A stretch of 64,000 bases of DNA from Eledone cirrhosa. Its lineage: Eukaryota. The notes under the pieces are model-generated. The model was not told the origin of the DNA and did not search any database. It was given only the letters and a program-made list of their open reading frames with translations. Below, piece by piece: positions 1-11,441 of the stretch. A program made the position numbers and the translations under genes. Numbering within the stretch: the stretch's first letter is position 1; every line of letters starts with the position of its first letter. The stretch lies in the NCBI GenBank assembly GCA_964016885.1, contig OZ024743.1:301258001-301322000 (forward strand), in the 5' to 3' direction.

Positions 1-140
1 TAATTGGGAGATGTTTAATCAGAAGTGCATGATATAATTATTATATTTGAAGTGGTTTAGCAGAAACAAAATTACATTTAATTGGAAGAGAATTATGAAT
101 ATAAATAAATATATAAAGATATATATATATATATATATAT

Positions 141-289
141 AGGAAAATGTTCAAGACCCCGACGGCAGGGCTCAAGCCGTTTTGACGACTATTTCTGGTC
201 TAGATTCCTATTACCCACTCAACTACCCAAAGTATTGAGTACTCTGGTGCGTTATGGTCCGCCTGATACCTCACCACATTTCCTTCGTT
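141..289. mobile_element. Miniature PLE-derived element, family A (inverted short end plus long tail, internally deleted)
   Basis: Matches the termini at 3484-3620, 16440-16642 and 49531-49725 (gaccccgacggcagggctcaagccgtttt; ttacccactcaactacccaaagtattgagtactctggtgcgttatggtcc). Flanked by (TA)n. Confidence 0.85.
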
Positions 290-301
290 ATATATATATG
301 T

Positions 302-367
<66 letters not shown>

Positions 368-585
368 GGATTAACAAATAATAGTTAAATGCAGTCCACT
401 TAGGTGAAGTCCAGTTATGGAATTACAGGTAGTGGATGATATTAACGCTTGGCTTGGTTTGACTCAACAAGGCGTTTTCATAGTGATGCTGCGGGTATGC
501 TGTAACTCCTATGTTGTAAACACTTGGAGTAATAATAAATCAGGAAAGAAGGTTTACATGGTTTGCTATACAAAAAAGTTTTTAA

Positions 586-704
586 TCACATAGCTTACAT
601 TTGTTTCACTGAGCTGGTATGTCTAGAGATCGCTATCCGCCTAATTTTGCGTCACTCGATCGCCAATACAGAATTATAACCAGTCAGATCTTCGGAGCAT
701 GCGA
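586..704 (-). ncRNA. Type I hammerhead ribozyme motif, CCGAAGA core, long stem II
   Basis: Minus strand: TCGCATGCT-CCGAAGA-T-CTGACTGGT...ACCAGCTCAG-T-GAAA-CAAATG-TA-AGCTATGTGA. Stems I, II and III pair by eye. Confidence 0.7.
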
Positions 705-1432
705 GAATGAAGAAAATACACAGGCAAGAAAATAAAAGAAAATATGGAGTAGTTATGGCATTCAATTAGAACAATAACAACAACAATTATTACAACAATG
801 CTATCAATAAACTATTTAAGGAGACCCTGACATTATTTAGGTGGGGGGTATATACTGCATCTAATGTTACGGCGTGAAAACCAGCTGTCATAAGGCAAAA
901 AGAATCGTAGTGTGTATCAATTTAAATTATAAAGATAAGCTAGTTTTTACAGTCTTTCTCTTCATCTTCAACAGTATACATGAGTGGGACCACTGTCAAA
1001 GCTCAATAGTTGTAGAGTTAATACAGAGGTTAACGAATTAATATACGCATATATCTACACACACACACACACACGCACACATATATATATATATATATAA
1101 ATATAAATATATATACACATATATGTGTACATAGACACATACATACACATTAATATACACTCGTACAAAAATATACATACATGCAAAGAGAAAAGCGTGC
1201 TAATTGTTATATGGCAAAAAGAAGGTAAAGTAACATTGTAGTAGTGAAATGAGAAAAACTAGGATCTAGGATCAAATGATTGCAGCAGCTGAGAAGGAGT
1301 AAGATTGTTGGTAGATGAGGTATTTACAGACAATTGTGTGGTATAGACTTGTGAAGGAAATAGTATACTTAATGAATATATTTCTGTGGGTAGTAGGTAT
1401 CCTAATTTAAAGCTATGTTATGTTGGTTCGAT

Positions 1433-3070
1433 TCACGGAGGTTTGAATCTTATGAATTTAGTGGCTATTCTATGTCTGCAGAAGATAGATCTTTCTAACT
1501 TATTATTAAGTAGCCTTTTAACATTTCTAAGGATATACAATAGCTCAAGATCACACAGCCCGCAATAGGACATACCTGTACTATAGGTTTTAGCAGCCGA
1601 CAACTTCGACCAGTTGATAGTGTAGCTAGCGTTGCTGTCCTTCAATTCCCATATTTTTCTGGCGAGGGTGGTGGAACCCATAAGAGCTCGGTTTTTCATC
1701 GAGTGTCTGTGCACATACCATCTTTTCTTAAAAGAACCCGCGGTGGATCCTATATAATTCCAAGTGGAGTTACCCGAGATGACAGTGCACATGTACACCA
1801 GGCTCGAATCGAGACATCTGTTCGCCAATGGGCACCTATCTGGGAGGTGACAGTTGCAGTTTGAGGCGCTATTAAGTGCAGCTTTTACATTCCTATTTAG
1901 TACCCTGTTATAAGTGGGTTGTGATATATGCCCAATGGGGTTTTGCTGCTGCGCGTTTGTATGCGCTTGTGGTTGTGATGTTGTGATGAGTTTGTGCTTA
2001 TGTATAGGTGCAATTGATTTACTTGAGATATTTCTGCGGTTGATCTTGCGTATGTGTGATTCTATGTTAGCTGCTGTTGAGAAAGAGAGTTTTATAGTAG
2101 ATCTATTGAGTATTTTGTGATATCTATGCGAGATAGGGAAGTGTTTATCTATTAGTTTAAAGAATATAGAGGGCAGTCTAGTTTTTATAGAGGAGTTGAA
2201 TATTGGGTTGAACCATAGGTATTTTCTTTGTCTGTTTCTTCTATTGTTTCTAGGGTTTACGTTATTATTGTTTTGGCCGTTTACTCTAGGTGTTACATGT
2301 CTAACCCTATGTCTAGTCAAGCTATTCCTATTATTATCTGAGCGGTTGGAGTAGAAATTACTAGGATTGTTTATGTTGTCCTTATTCACTATATACTGTA
2401 GTTTATCTTTATGACCGGCCCTACTTAAAGCTGCATTATAATAGTCAGCATGCTCGTTAAAGATTTCTAGGTTTGAGGATAGGCGGGATATTCGGAGGGA
2501 TATACTACGTGCTATGGATTTAATTATGGATTTGGGGTGATTTGAGTTGTAACTAATGTAGGCAAGATTTTCATTATTTTTGTGGAAAGGTTCTATTAAT
2601 CCAGTATTTAGATTTAGAGTTACATCTAGAACATTTACCTTCTTATGGTTTAGTTCGTAGGTAATACTTAGGCCTAGTTTTTTGAAGAATATTCTAATAT
2701 TTTTCCTTAGTCTTTCCATGCTCTGGTTGTTTAGGTTCCTAGCTATAAGTAACGTGTCGTCCTTATAAATTCCTCCTTGGAGGTTACTGAATTCCTTATG
2801 TAGGTTGTGTGCTATGAATAGCCCCACGATATCTGTAATTTGCGCAGAATCATTTGAACCCATTGTAATATCGAAGCTATTTATTCTATCCTTTCTTACC
2901 CAGTAGTTATTTTCAAATTTTACGATAGTCCTTCTAGCCGCTATTATTATTTCAATTTCATCATGGGTGAGATCAGAGTTATTTGGGGCAAATATAAGCG
3001 CCTTGTCTAGGGTAGCTGGGGATATGGATGCATAATAGTCGTCTATATCAAATTGTATGAAGTTACACGT
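1433..3070 (-). CDS. PLE reverse transcriptase + GIY-YIG endonuclease (5'-truncated, frame uninterrupted)
   Basis: Frame stays open upstream of the tracked Met: TCNFIQFDIDDYYASI...FDITMGSNDSAQ...GIYKDD...WFNP...CNCHLPDRCPL...LVY...YIGST...CGLCDLE...LLN...CRH. Confidence 0.9.
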   Translation of the reverse strand, partial: TCNFIQFDIDDYYASISPATLDKALIFAPNNSDLTHDEIEIIIAARRTIVKFENNYWVRKDRINSFDITMGSNDSAQITDIVGLFIAHNLHKEFSNLQGGIYKDDTLLIARNLNNQSMERLRKNIRIFFKKLGLSITYELNHKKVNVLDVTLNLNTGLIEPFHKNNENLAYISYNSNHPKSIIKSIARSISLRISRLSSNLEIFNEHADYYNAALSRAGHKDKLQYIVNKDNINNPSNFYSNRSDNNRNSLTRHRVRHVTPRVNGQNNNNVNPRNNRRNRQRKYLWFNPIFNSSIKTRLPSIFFKLIDKHFPISHRYHKILNRSTIKLSFSTAANIESHIRKINRRNISSKSIAPIHKHKLITTSQPQAHTNAQQQNPIGHISQPTYNRVLNRNVKAALNSASNCNCHLPDRCPLANRCLDSSLVYMCTVISGNSTWNYIGSTAGSFKKRWYVHRHSMKNRALMGSTTLARKIWELKDSNASYTINWSKLSAAKTYSTGMSYCGLCDLELLYILRNVKRLLNNKLERSIFCRHRIATKFIRFKPP

Positions 3071-3275
3071 CTCCCTATTTTGCCTTATGACAGCTGGTTT
3101 TCACGCCGTAACATTAGATACATTATATTCCCCCCCCACCTAAGTAATGTCAGGGTCTCCTTAAATAGTTTATTGATAGCATTGTTGTAATAATTGTTGT
3201 TGTTATTGTTCTAATTGAATGCCATAACTACTCCATATTTTCTTTTATTTTCTTGCCTGTGTATTTTCTTCATTC

Positions 3276-3394
3276 TCGCATGCTCCGAAGATCTGACTGG
3301 TTATAATTCTGTATTGGCGATCGAGTGACGCAAAATTAGGCGGGTAGCGATCTCTAGACATACCAGCTCAGTGAAACAAATGTAAGCTATGTGA
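3276..3394 (+). ncRNA. Hammerhead motif (CCGAAGA) in the inverted pLTR
   Basis: Inverted copy of 586-704. Core at 3285-3291, GAAA at 3373-3376, GUA cleavage triplet. Confidence 0.7.
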
Positions 3395-3436
3395 TTAAAA
3401 ACTTTTTTGTATAGCAAACCATGTAAACCTTCTTTC

Positions 3437-3485
<49 letters not shown>

Positions 3486-3575
3486 CGAAGTAAATGTGGT
3501 AAGGAACCAGGTGGACCATAACGCACCAAAGTACTCAATACTTGAGTAGTAGAGTGGGTAATAGGAACCAGTAAG

Positions 3576-3669
3576 ACCCCGACAGCTGAGCTCAAGCCGT
3601 TTCGACGGCTAATTCTGGACTAAATGAAAATTTATCCTGGTATTTAAATAGCCGATCTTCTCAAGGGGT
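3576..3669 (-). ncRNA. Hammerhead motif, UUGAGAA (U3-A8) core
   Basis: Inverted copy of 4829-4922. Confidence 0.72.
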
Positions 3670-4828
3670 AATTCCATATATGGTCAAAGTGATTGTCAAA
3701 AATCAGTAGTACTTCTGTGGTTGCAAATGGGTAACCCCTGCTTGCCAAGGGAGACGTAAGATCTTCTTTGTATTCTTTTATCGCTTCCTTTATTTCCTTC
3801 CTTCCCCCCTCTCTCCTTAGTCCTTCTACCCCAGCTCTTCTCCTTTGTCGGCGTCTTTTCTCGCCCACCCGAGGCTGCCCTTTGGCCCCTTGTAGCCTTA
3901 GTACCCCCACCCCCTCCCCTAGTCTAGGATAGATTTGGCGGACTCCGCCCTTTATAGCAGTTGGTTTAGACCCCGGATACTTGTCCCCTTTTTCCGACCG
4001 CTCCCACTATTCTCTGTGCCCTCTATATTTCTTAGTGGCACTTATGCCTTATTTTTTCGTTTCAGTATTTCTTTCTTCGCTTTTCTTTTGGGCGGGGTGG
4101 ATTCTGAATTTATTCTTCCGTATTCTACCTTTACTTCGTACGAACTTTCATGTAGCTTGTTTTAGATCTTTTAGAGTTAGCATTAGTATATATTTTTCTC
4201 GGGACTCAGAATTATTATCTCGTATTAGTTCACTTTGCTGCACTGGGTGGTTGCTGGAATTGTGCCCGGGATGGAAACCTTTATTGTTTATTTCGTGGTA
4301 GTCTCTTTAGTATTTTGGCCCCTTTTGTTGACCCGTCACCGTATCATTTACGTACTTATACCTCTTAAAAGGGTCCTCGCCTATCCCGTCCCACCTAGTT
4401 CTTTTACTTATTTCGTTATTTCTTTATTTCTTTCTTTACTTCTTTCTTTCTTTATTTATTTATTTATTCTAGACTAACAATAGCTAGAGACCTAGGTCGT
4501 AGAATTTAATTTACTTTACTTTTTTCTTTACACTCATTTGTTTTTCTTTACACTTATTTGCTTTTCTTCACTCTCAGTATTTTTTCTTTCCTATATTTCT
4601 ACCCCCCATTGTTCTACCTACCGTTCCGACTTCCTCCCCCTCCCCCTCCCCTGTATCTTCTTTGACCTCATGCCCAGCTGTAGCTGGCACTACAAACGCT
4701 TGATTGGGGCTACTCCACCCCCTCCCCTTTTTCTCCTACTGGCATGTTTAGCCACCATCTCCCCTACTAATTTGCAACCACAGAATTACTACTGATTTTT
4801 GACAATCACTTTGACCATATATGGAATT

Positions 4829-4922
4829 ACCCCTTGAGAAGATCGGCTATTTAAATACCAGGATAAATGTTCATTTAGTCCAGAATTAGCCGTCGAAACG
4901 GCTTGAGCTCAGCTGTCGGGGT
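4829..4922 (+). ncRNA. Hammerhead motif, UUGAGAA (U3-A8) core
   Basis: ACCCC-TTGAGAA-GATCGGCTA...TAGCCGTC-GAAA-CGGCTTGAGCTCAGCTG-TC-GGGGT. All three stems pair and the site is GUC. Confidence 0.75.
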
Positions 4923-4955
4923 CTTACTGGTTCATATATATATATATATAACAAA

Positions 4956-6606
4956 TTGGATAATAAAAACAAACTAAAATTTATTCAATTCGATATTGCC
5001 AGCTACTATTCCTCCATTTCGCCTTCACTTCTCAATAATGCTCTATCTTTCGCACTTAAATATTCTCAAATCACCACAGATGAACTTCACATCATCCTCA
5101 CCGCACGTAAAACCATCCTAGAGTTCAACAACGAATATTGGACCAGAGCCGATACCTCTAACAACTTCGACATCACAATGGGAGCATCCGATTCATCCCA
5201 ATTGACTGATTTAATTGGTATCTTCATTTTGAACTATTTGAGTCGGAAAATTCCTCAACTTCGCGGTGGAATTTATCGTGACGATGGACTCGTTACTATC
5301 CTGAATTGCAATATAGTTAAACTTAATATTATTAAGAACAATATACGTAATCTCTTTAACCAACATAACCTAAAAATTGAATTTGATAATAGTATCAAAA
5401 TAGCTAATTTCTTGGATGTATCTCATAATCTTGACACTGGCCTACATTACCCTTACCATAAAAACAATGAGAATCTTAATTATGTTAACTTTAAATCTAA
5501 CCATCCTACCAATATCAAGAATGCTATAGTTAATAATATTGGAAATAGAATATCTAACATATCTTCTAATAAAAACATCTTTGATGCTAACGCCAATTAC
5601 TATAATAACGCACTTTCTAAAGCCGGCTATCCAGATAAAATCAAATATTATAAAGAAACAAATTCTAGGAAAACTTACAGTAGAATAATTAATCTTGACC
5701 ATTCCAATAATTTTAATAAAAGACCTAGATGCAAAAACATAATCTGGTATAATGCTCCTTTCTCCATCTCTATTAATAACAATATTCCTAAATTATTTTT
5801 TAGTGCCTTAAATAAATGCTTCCCTCCCTCACATATCTATAGTAAAATATTTAACAAACACACCATCACATTTTCGTATTCTACATCCTCCAATATTTCC
5901 AACATCATCTCTAAACACAACAACAAAATATTAAATACTAAATCTCTTCCTTCCAATATTGAATTTCATAATAACAGTAATAGTACTCCCGACGTCATTG
6001 TAAACCCTAGGCTAACTTCTGTAAACCCAAATACAACGTCAAACACAACTTCGCTAAATGTTCATAATCCAACTCTAAATCAAGAAACTATTATTCCTAT
6101 TATTCCTATCGCAAACAACTTCTCCAATCCAATTCCTTCTATAGATAACACTAGATCACTCATTAATAATCTCTCTAATTGCAACTGCCGCATTAAAAAT
6201 AAATGTCCTCTCAACAACCATTGCCTCGATAAAAACTTAATTTATGAATGTAAAATTATAACTAGCACCAATTCCTTCACCTATTTTGGCTCCACTTCCA
6301 CCTCTTTTAAAGCTCGTCTCTATAATCATCATTCATCTTTCAAATACAAACTTAAAAGAACTAACACTGCTCTCTCAGAACTCATATGGTCCTTAAAAGA
6401 CAAAAACATTAAATATATATCTTTTGGAAAAAGATTTCTTCTGCATCCTCATACTTGAACAGCTCTCTATCTAAAATCTGTAATCTCTGCCTAAATGAAA
6501 AATTTACCATTATATCTAACCTAGAATCTATAATAAATAGACGCTCAGATTTGTTTTCTATCTGCCTGCATAAATTCCATAGAACTTTTCACAAAGTATA
6601 CAGTTA
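4956..6606 (+). pseudogene. PLE RT + GIY-YIG, frameshift near 6420
   Basis: FIQFDI, ITMGASDSSQ, GIYRDDGL, IIWYNAPFS, CNCRIKNKCPL, LIY..YFGST. The downstream frame continues ICNLCLNEK...INRRSDLFSICLH. Confidence 0.9.
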
Positions 6607-7594
6607 ATATTCAATTCTTTATCAATTTAGAATCTTTTCTCAAAGGCACATATACATACACCTCTTTAAAATATACTCATCTACCTTACTTTAAAGGGCA
6701 TTATACACTCTATAATACTTGTTTACTCATTACCCTCATTCTATCTTCTCGTAAAATAATAACATTTGTTTTTGACATTTTGAATATTCATCCGCAATCA
6801 TTATTATTTTTTCTCTCTATCATAAATCTTTTTAATCTCAATTTCATCCTTAATTTATTATTATTTTTTTCTCCCCATCAACGAACTCATTATTAATACA
6901 TATCAATTCAATATACAAACTTTAACTTCACATTATTTTTCTCAAATACTTCTACACTTCTCAAATCCTTCTACCTTAACAATTTTTCTCTTCGCTAATT
7001 TTGAAATTGCCACAATACATACATTTCTTCTTTTGACGTTAGAATATTCACCCACAATTATTATTTTTTTCTCTCTATCTTCATACATAATTTCCCTTCG
7101 TTAATTTTCAAATTCCTTTAATTTATACATTATCCTCCAACGGTTCCCAACCTCTCTATATTAAAACAATATATCTTTTTCTCAGTTATAAAAACTATCT
7201 CTTTCTCTCTATCACCCATCTCTCCCTCTCCACCTTCACTCTCACCTCTTCCCCCCTTTTGTTCATCCTTTCCACCCCACCCTCCCTAAATAAAATATTT
7301 TTTCCTCGCACATATCCTCCCTTCGTTAATTTTCAAAATTTTTAATATATACAGTATCTTCCAACGGTTTTCAACCCCTCTATGTAAAAAATATATCTCC
7401 TCTCAGTTATAAAAAATATCTCTTTCTCTCTATCACCCACCTCTCCCTCTCATGTCCTTCCCTTTTCATCCCCCCCCCTCTCTAAATAAAATATTTTTCC
7501 CAATATCACACATCAATCTAAAACCACTTTTCATATGTTGATTTAAAACTGCACTATCAACAAGTGTTTTTTTAGCCTTCATATCATGTTCTCC

Positions 7595-7665
7595 TGTTTT
7601 ATCTGATGAAAACACAAATATTATTGCTTGATGATGTTTGTTTTTGAAATGCGCATAATAAAATA
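7595..7665 (+). ncRNA. Minimal type I hammerhead ribozyme, canonical core
   Basis: TGTTTTAT-CTGATGA-AAACACAAATATTATT/GATGATGTTTGTTTTT-GAAA-TGCGCA-TA-ATAAAATA. Palindromic stem III. Confidence 0.88.
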
Positions 7666-7695
7666 TATGGAACTCCTTTAACCATCTTTTGATCT

Positions 7696-7725
<30 letters not shown>

Positions 7726-7726
<1 letters not shown>

Positions 7727-8279
7727 ACAAAAAAACGTGTGGCAGGGAACATGTAGACCATAACGCAACAGAAAACTCGATACTTAGAGTAGTAGAGTGA
7801 GTAATAGGAAACGTGTCACTATACCGACGGCTGAGCTCCAGCCGTTTCGCAAGTCATATTTTTTTTTTTTAGGGGGGTGTCTCATGGAAGATAATACTGG
7901 TAAATTAGTACATTCAGGTGCCGTTCCAGTGCAGTAGAATAATTGATACCTAAATTGTATTAATTAAGAATTTAATTAGTATTAACTTCTATATGCTTTG
8001 CTCTTTAGCCAACTGTTAGACCCTGGCATATCCAATTTCACTATACAACATTTTATTATTCTCATATGCTGATATTACCACCATTAGATATAGTTGAAAA
8101 TAATTCTCTTTTAACGCATGACCGGCCTTTGATTTGATACTTCTACTCCGTTTTGATAGCACGCCCATATATTTACTGTACCCCTGATAAGTCACTGCCG
8201 TCCTAATACTACTAGTTTAGTTCAGATCTAGCTGTCGAAACGGCCTAAACTCAACCGTCATGTTCCTTACACTTTTCCT
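7726..8279 (+). mobile_element. Family A-related short PLE derivative with decayed HHR (8180-8264, core CTGATAA)
   Basis: Inverted tailed end 7726-7849. Sense end agctgtcgaaacggcctaaactcaaccgtc...ttttccta. Confidence 0.75.
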
Positions 8280-8340
8280 ATATATATATACAAACACACA
8301 CACTCATATTTACACATACACACAGATATATATATACACG

Positions 8341-8371
<31 letters not shown>

Positions 8372-8374
8372 GTA

Positions 8375-8439
<65 letters not shown>

Positions 8440-8474
8440 ACGCATATATATATATATATATAGAGAGAGAGTAT

Positions 8475-8830
8475 ATGTTGGTTGCTTACCGACACCTCAG
8501 TATGCAGATAGGAGTATTCGACGAGTACGTAGGTTGCTTTGTTTACTCCGGAATAATGTAAAATAAGTAAGTCAAACATGTAAAATGTGGCTTCGTTTAA
8601 TATAAATTCTCTGCTAGGACTCGGAGGACTAACAACATACCAGGAGCTGGACATATTGATGTAGTGACAGAGTGGAACACATTTCAACAACATGTTTACC
8701 TATCTTTTCCACAATAATTCGTACTGGCTGAAGAGGTCACAGCCATCAATATTTGCCACCGAAATATATATAGCGGAGATTTTATAATAAACGAAGCCAA
8801 ATTGTACACGTTTGACTCACTTATTTTATA
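8475..8830 (+). mobile_element. Short non-autonomous HHR element with inverted 5' end
   Basis: 8557-8616 is an inverted copy of 8771-8830. The inverted copy has an ~80 nt extension. Microsatellite flanks. Confidence 0.75.
8724..8776 (+). ncRNA. Minimal hammerhead motif
   Basis: CTGG-CTGAAGA-GGT...ACC-GAAA-TATATA-TA-GCGG. One stem I mismatch. Confidence 0.72.
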
Positions 8831-8928
8831 TATGTATATATTTATATATAAATATATATATATCTGTACATTTGTATATATATATATATATATATATATA
8901 TTTCATCTTTATATATATATATATATAT

Positions 8929-9747
8929 ATAAAGAATTAGTATATCTACTAACATATATATATACACAGATGCATACTTATGCTAGCAAATATATAGGTT
9001 TTGTCTTAGTAACTTTGTGGTTCAATGCAAGGGGATGCAGAACAATAATAGGAGAGACGTATAATGAGAAAATTATAAAATTAACTTACTTACTAAAATT
9101 TCACTCCAACTAATTAGTTTCTGAATGGGAATAAACATAGTTTCCGAAGAAACGTACGGAGAAGGCTTTCGTCATCAGGGAAGTTAATTCTCAGCTAAGT
9201 TTCCAGGCAATACGTGGACACAGGGAACTTATACAAAAATAATTCAGTGGATGGAAAAAAGCAAAGCGTGGACTAAATTCCAAGCCATTGAAAAAAATCA
9301 CTGCCTACTGCGTCGGTGGCAAATTCAAAAGAATCAATCACGTGACATCGAGGTCAATCAGTGAAGAGTGGTTTGTTAAGAAGACAGCAGCCGGAACGTT
9401 ACTATAGTAGCAGTTTTGGCCAATTTTTGCTCGACAAAATAATTTGGAGATAAATTATAAAGAATTAGTATATCTAGTAACATATACTATTTCTTTATAA
9501 TTATCTCCAAATTATTTTGTCGAGCAAAAATTGGTTGGCCAAAACTGCTACTATAGTAACGGTCCGGCTGCTGTCTTCTTAACAAACCACTCTTCACTGA
9601 TTTATCTCGATGTCACGTGATTGATTCTTTTGAATTTGCCACCGACGCAGTAGGCAGTGATTTTTTTCAATGGCTTGGAATTTAGTCCACGCTTTGCTTT
9701 TTTCCACCCACTGAATTATTTTTGTATAAGTTTCCTGTGTCCACGTA
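8929..9747 (-). mobile_element. Non-autonomous HHR element with ~270 bp fold-back
   Basis: 9211-9472 and 9482-9747 are near-perfect inverted arms. ataaagaattagtatatctastaacata recurs at 8929 and ~9457. HHR at 9079-9189. Confidence 0.8.
9079..9189 (-). ncRNA. Hammerhead motif with extended stem III
   Basis: AATTAACTTCC-CTGATGA-CGAA...TTCG-GAAA-CTA..TTTATTCC...GGAGTGAA..TAG-TA-AGTAAGTTAATT. Confidence 0.68.
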
Positions 9748-9879
9748 TGGTTGCCTTAACACCGTATGGCATAAATTCAGGCTGTTCGCTTTGTTGACAA
9801 ACAAACGAACAAAGCGGCCGGCGTTATAATAAACGTCGGCTAAACTGATGCGTACATATATGTATGTGTACCTGTATGC

Positions 9880-9918
<39 letters not shown>

Positions 9919-10359
9919 TGCTACTGTACGTCTGTATACATATATGTATGTACGTATACATACATACTTACATTTAAGTAAGTGCCATACTAAGAGTGAG
10001 AAATGAAATTTCGTTTTCATTTTTTTCAACTTATCGTTTTCGGTATGCCTGACCGATTTAACTCACTCAATATGCAAATTAGGCTGCTCAGCCGTTAATT
10101 TTCATAAGGAAAGTATATACTTTCGAACGTTCAACTATCTGGCAGATGGGTAAACGGTGCTGATGATAGCTAACAAGCTTGAAACTAGTACATCGTTCCT
10201 GTGTCAGTGTTGAACAAAAAGGTGACGTGGTTGCCTTAACACCGTATGGCATAAATTCAGGCTGTTCGCTTTGTTGACAAACAAACGAACAAAGCGGCCG
10301 GCGTTATAATAAACGTCGGCTAAACTGATGCGTACATATATGTATGTGTACCTGTATGC

Positions 10360-10400
<41 letters not shown>

Positions 10401-10514
10401 TGCTACTGTACGTCTGTATACATATATGTATGTACGTATACATACATACTTACATTTAAGTAAGTGCCATACTAAGAGTGAGAAATGAAATTTCGTTTTC
10501 ATTTTTTTCAACTT
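9748..10514 (+). mobile_element. Retrozyme-like partial tandem (480 bp period)
   Basis: 9748-10033 is repeated at 10228-10514, identical apart from TA-tract length. HHR in the spacer. Diverged relative at 36340-36672 on the minus strand. Confidence 0.82.
10153..10197 (+). ncRNA. Minimal type I hammerhead ribozyme, canonical core
   Basis: AACGGTG-CTGATGA-T-AGCT-AACA-AGCT-T-GAAA-CTAG-TA-CATCGTT. Confidence 0.9.
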
Positions 10515-10516
10515 AT

Positions 10517-10594
<78 letters not shown>

Positions 10595-10714
10595 ATACAT
10601 ATTAGGATTGGTGTCCTGAAATAGCAATGTACAGATGAATCTATGTATAGTATATTACCAAATATACTATACATACATTCATTTATATATATATATAAAT
10701 ATATATATATATCT

Positions 10715-10842
<128 letters not shown>

Positions 10843-10862
10843 ACATGTATATATATATTTAA

Positions 10863-10911
<49 letters not shown>

Positions 10912-10970
10912 AACAAGATGGCGTAGTACAGAACAAAGGAGAGGCACAAAAACAAAGAAAATAATCCCCA

Positions 10971-11013
10971 GTCACTGAAGAGGTCACAGAAAGTGTGACG
11001 AAAGAACTTTGAC
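10971..11013 (+). ncRNA. Minimal hammerhead motif
   Basis: GTCA-CTGAAGA-G-GTCACA-GAAAG-TGTGAC-GAAA-GAAC-TT-TGAC. Confidence 0.75.
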
Positions 11014-11182
11014 AATATATATATAAACAATTATCTGGTTGTGGAAGCAAACAACCAACCGGAAATTTATAAATTCATGAATTTATAAATTTATTATAAT
11101 AAATTAAAGTGAAAGCAACTGGTGCATGTGTTTCTTATCGTATACATCACTATGTATACATGAATATATATATTTAAATATA

Positions 11183-11306
<124 letters not shown>

Positions 11307-11398
11307 AATATATATTATATATATATATATATATATAGAAACAAGATGGCGTAGGACAGAACAAAGGAGAGGCACAACAACAAAGAAAATAATTCCCA

Positions 11399-11441
11399 GT
11401 CACTGAAGAGATCACATAATGTGAAACGAAAGAACTTTGAC
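11399..11441 (+). ncRNA. Minimal hammerhead motif
   Basis: GTCA-CTGAAGA-GATCACATAATGTGAAAC-GAAA-GAAC-TT-TGAC. Confidence 0.68.

Larger units (their letters stand above)
367..3441 (-). mobile_element. Penelope-like retrotransposon, 5'-truncated, with inverted 5' pLTR
   Basis: RT+GIY-YIG ORF. 539-900 is a near-perfect inverted copy of 3078-3441. The 3' copy has an extra ~170 nt tail (367-538). Both ends lie in (TA)n. Confidence 0.93.
3484..4933 (+). mobile_element. PLE family A copy retaining only 3'UTR + pLTR, with inverted 5' pLTR and tail
   Basis: Body 3720-4770 is homologous to the 3'UTR of the coding copy at 27970-28965. 3564-3728 is an inverted copy of 4770-4933, extended by a tail to 3484. 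Confidence 0.88.
4951..7700 (+). mobile_element. Penelope-like retrotransposon, 5'-truncated
   Basis: RT/EN ORF, ~1 kb 3'UTR with internal duplications (7095-7300 vs 7320-7500), terminal HHR, (TA)n flanks. Confidence 0.92.
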
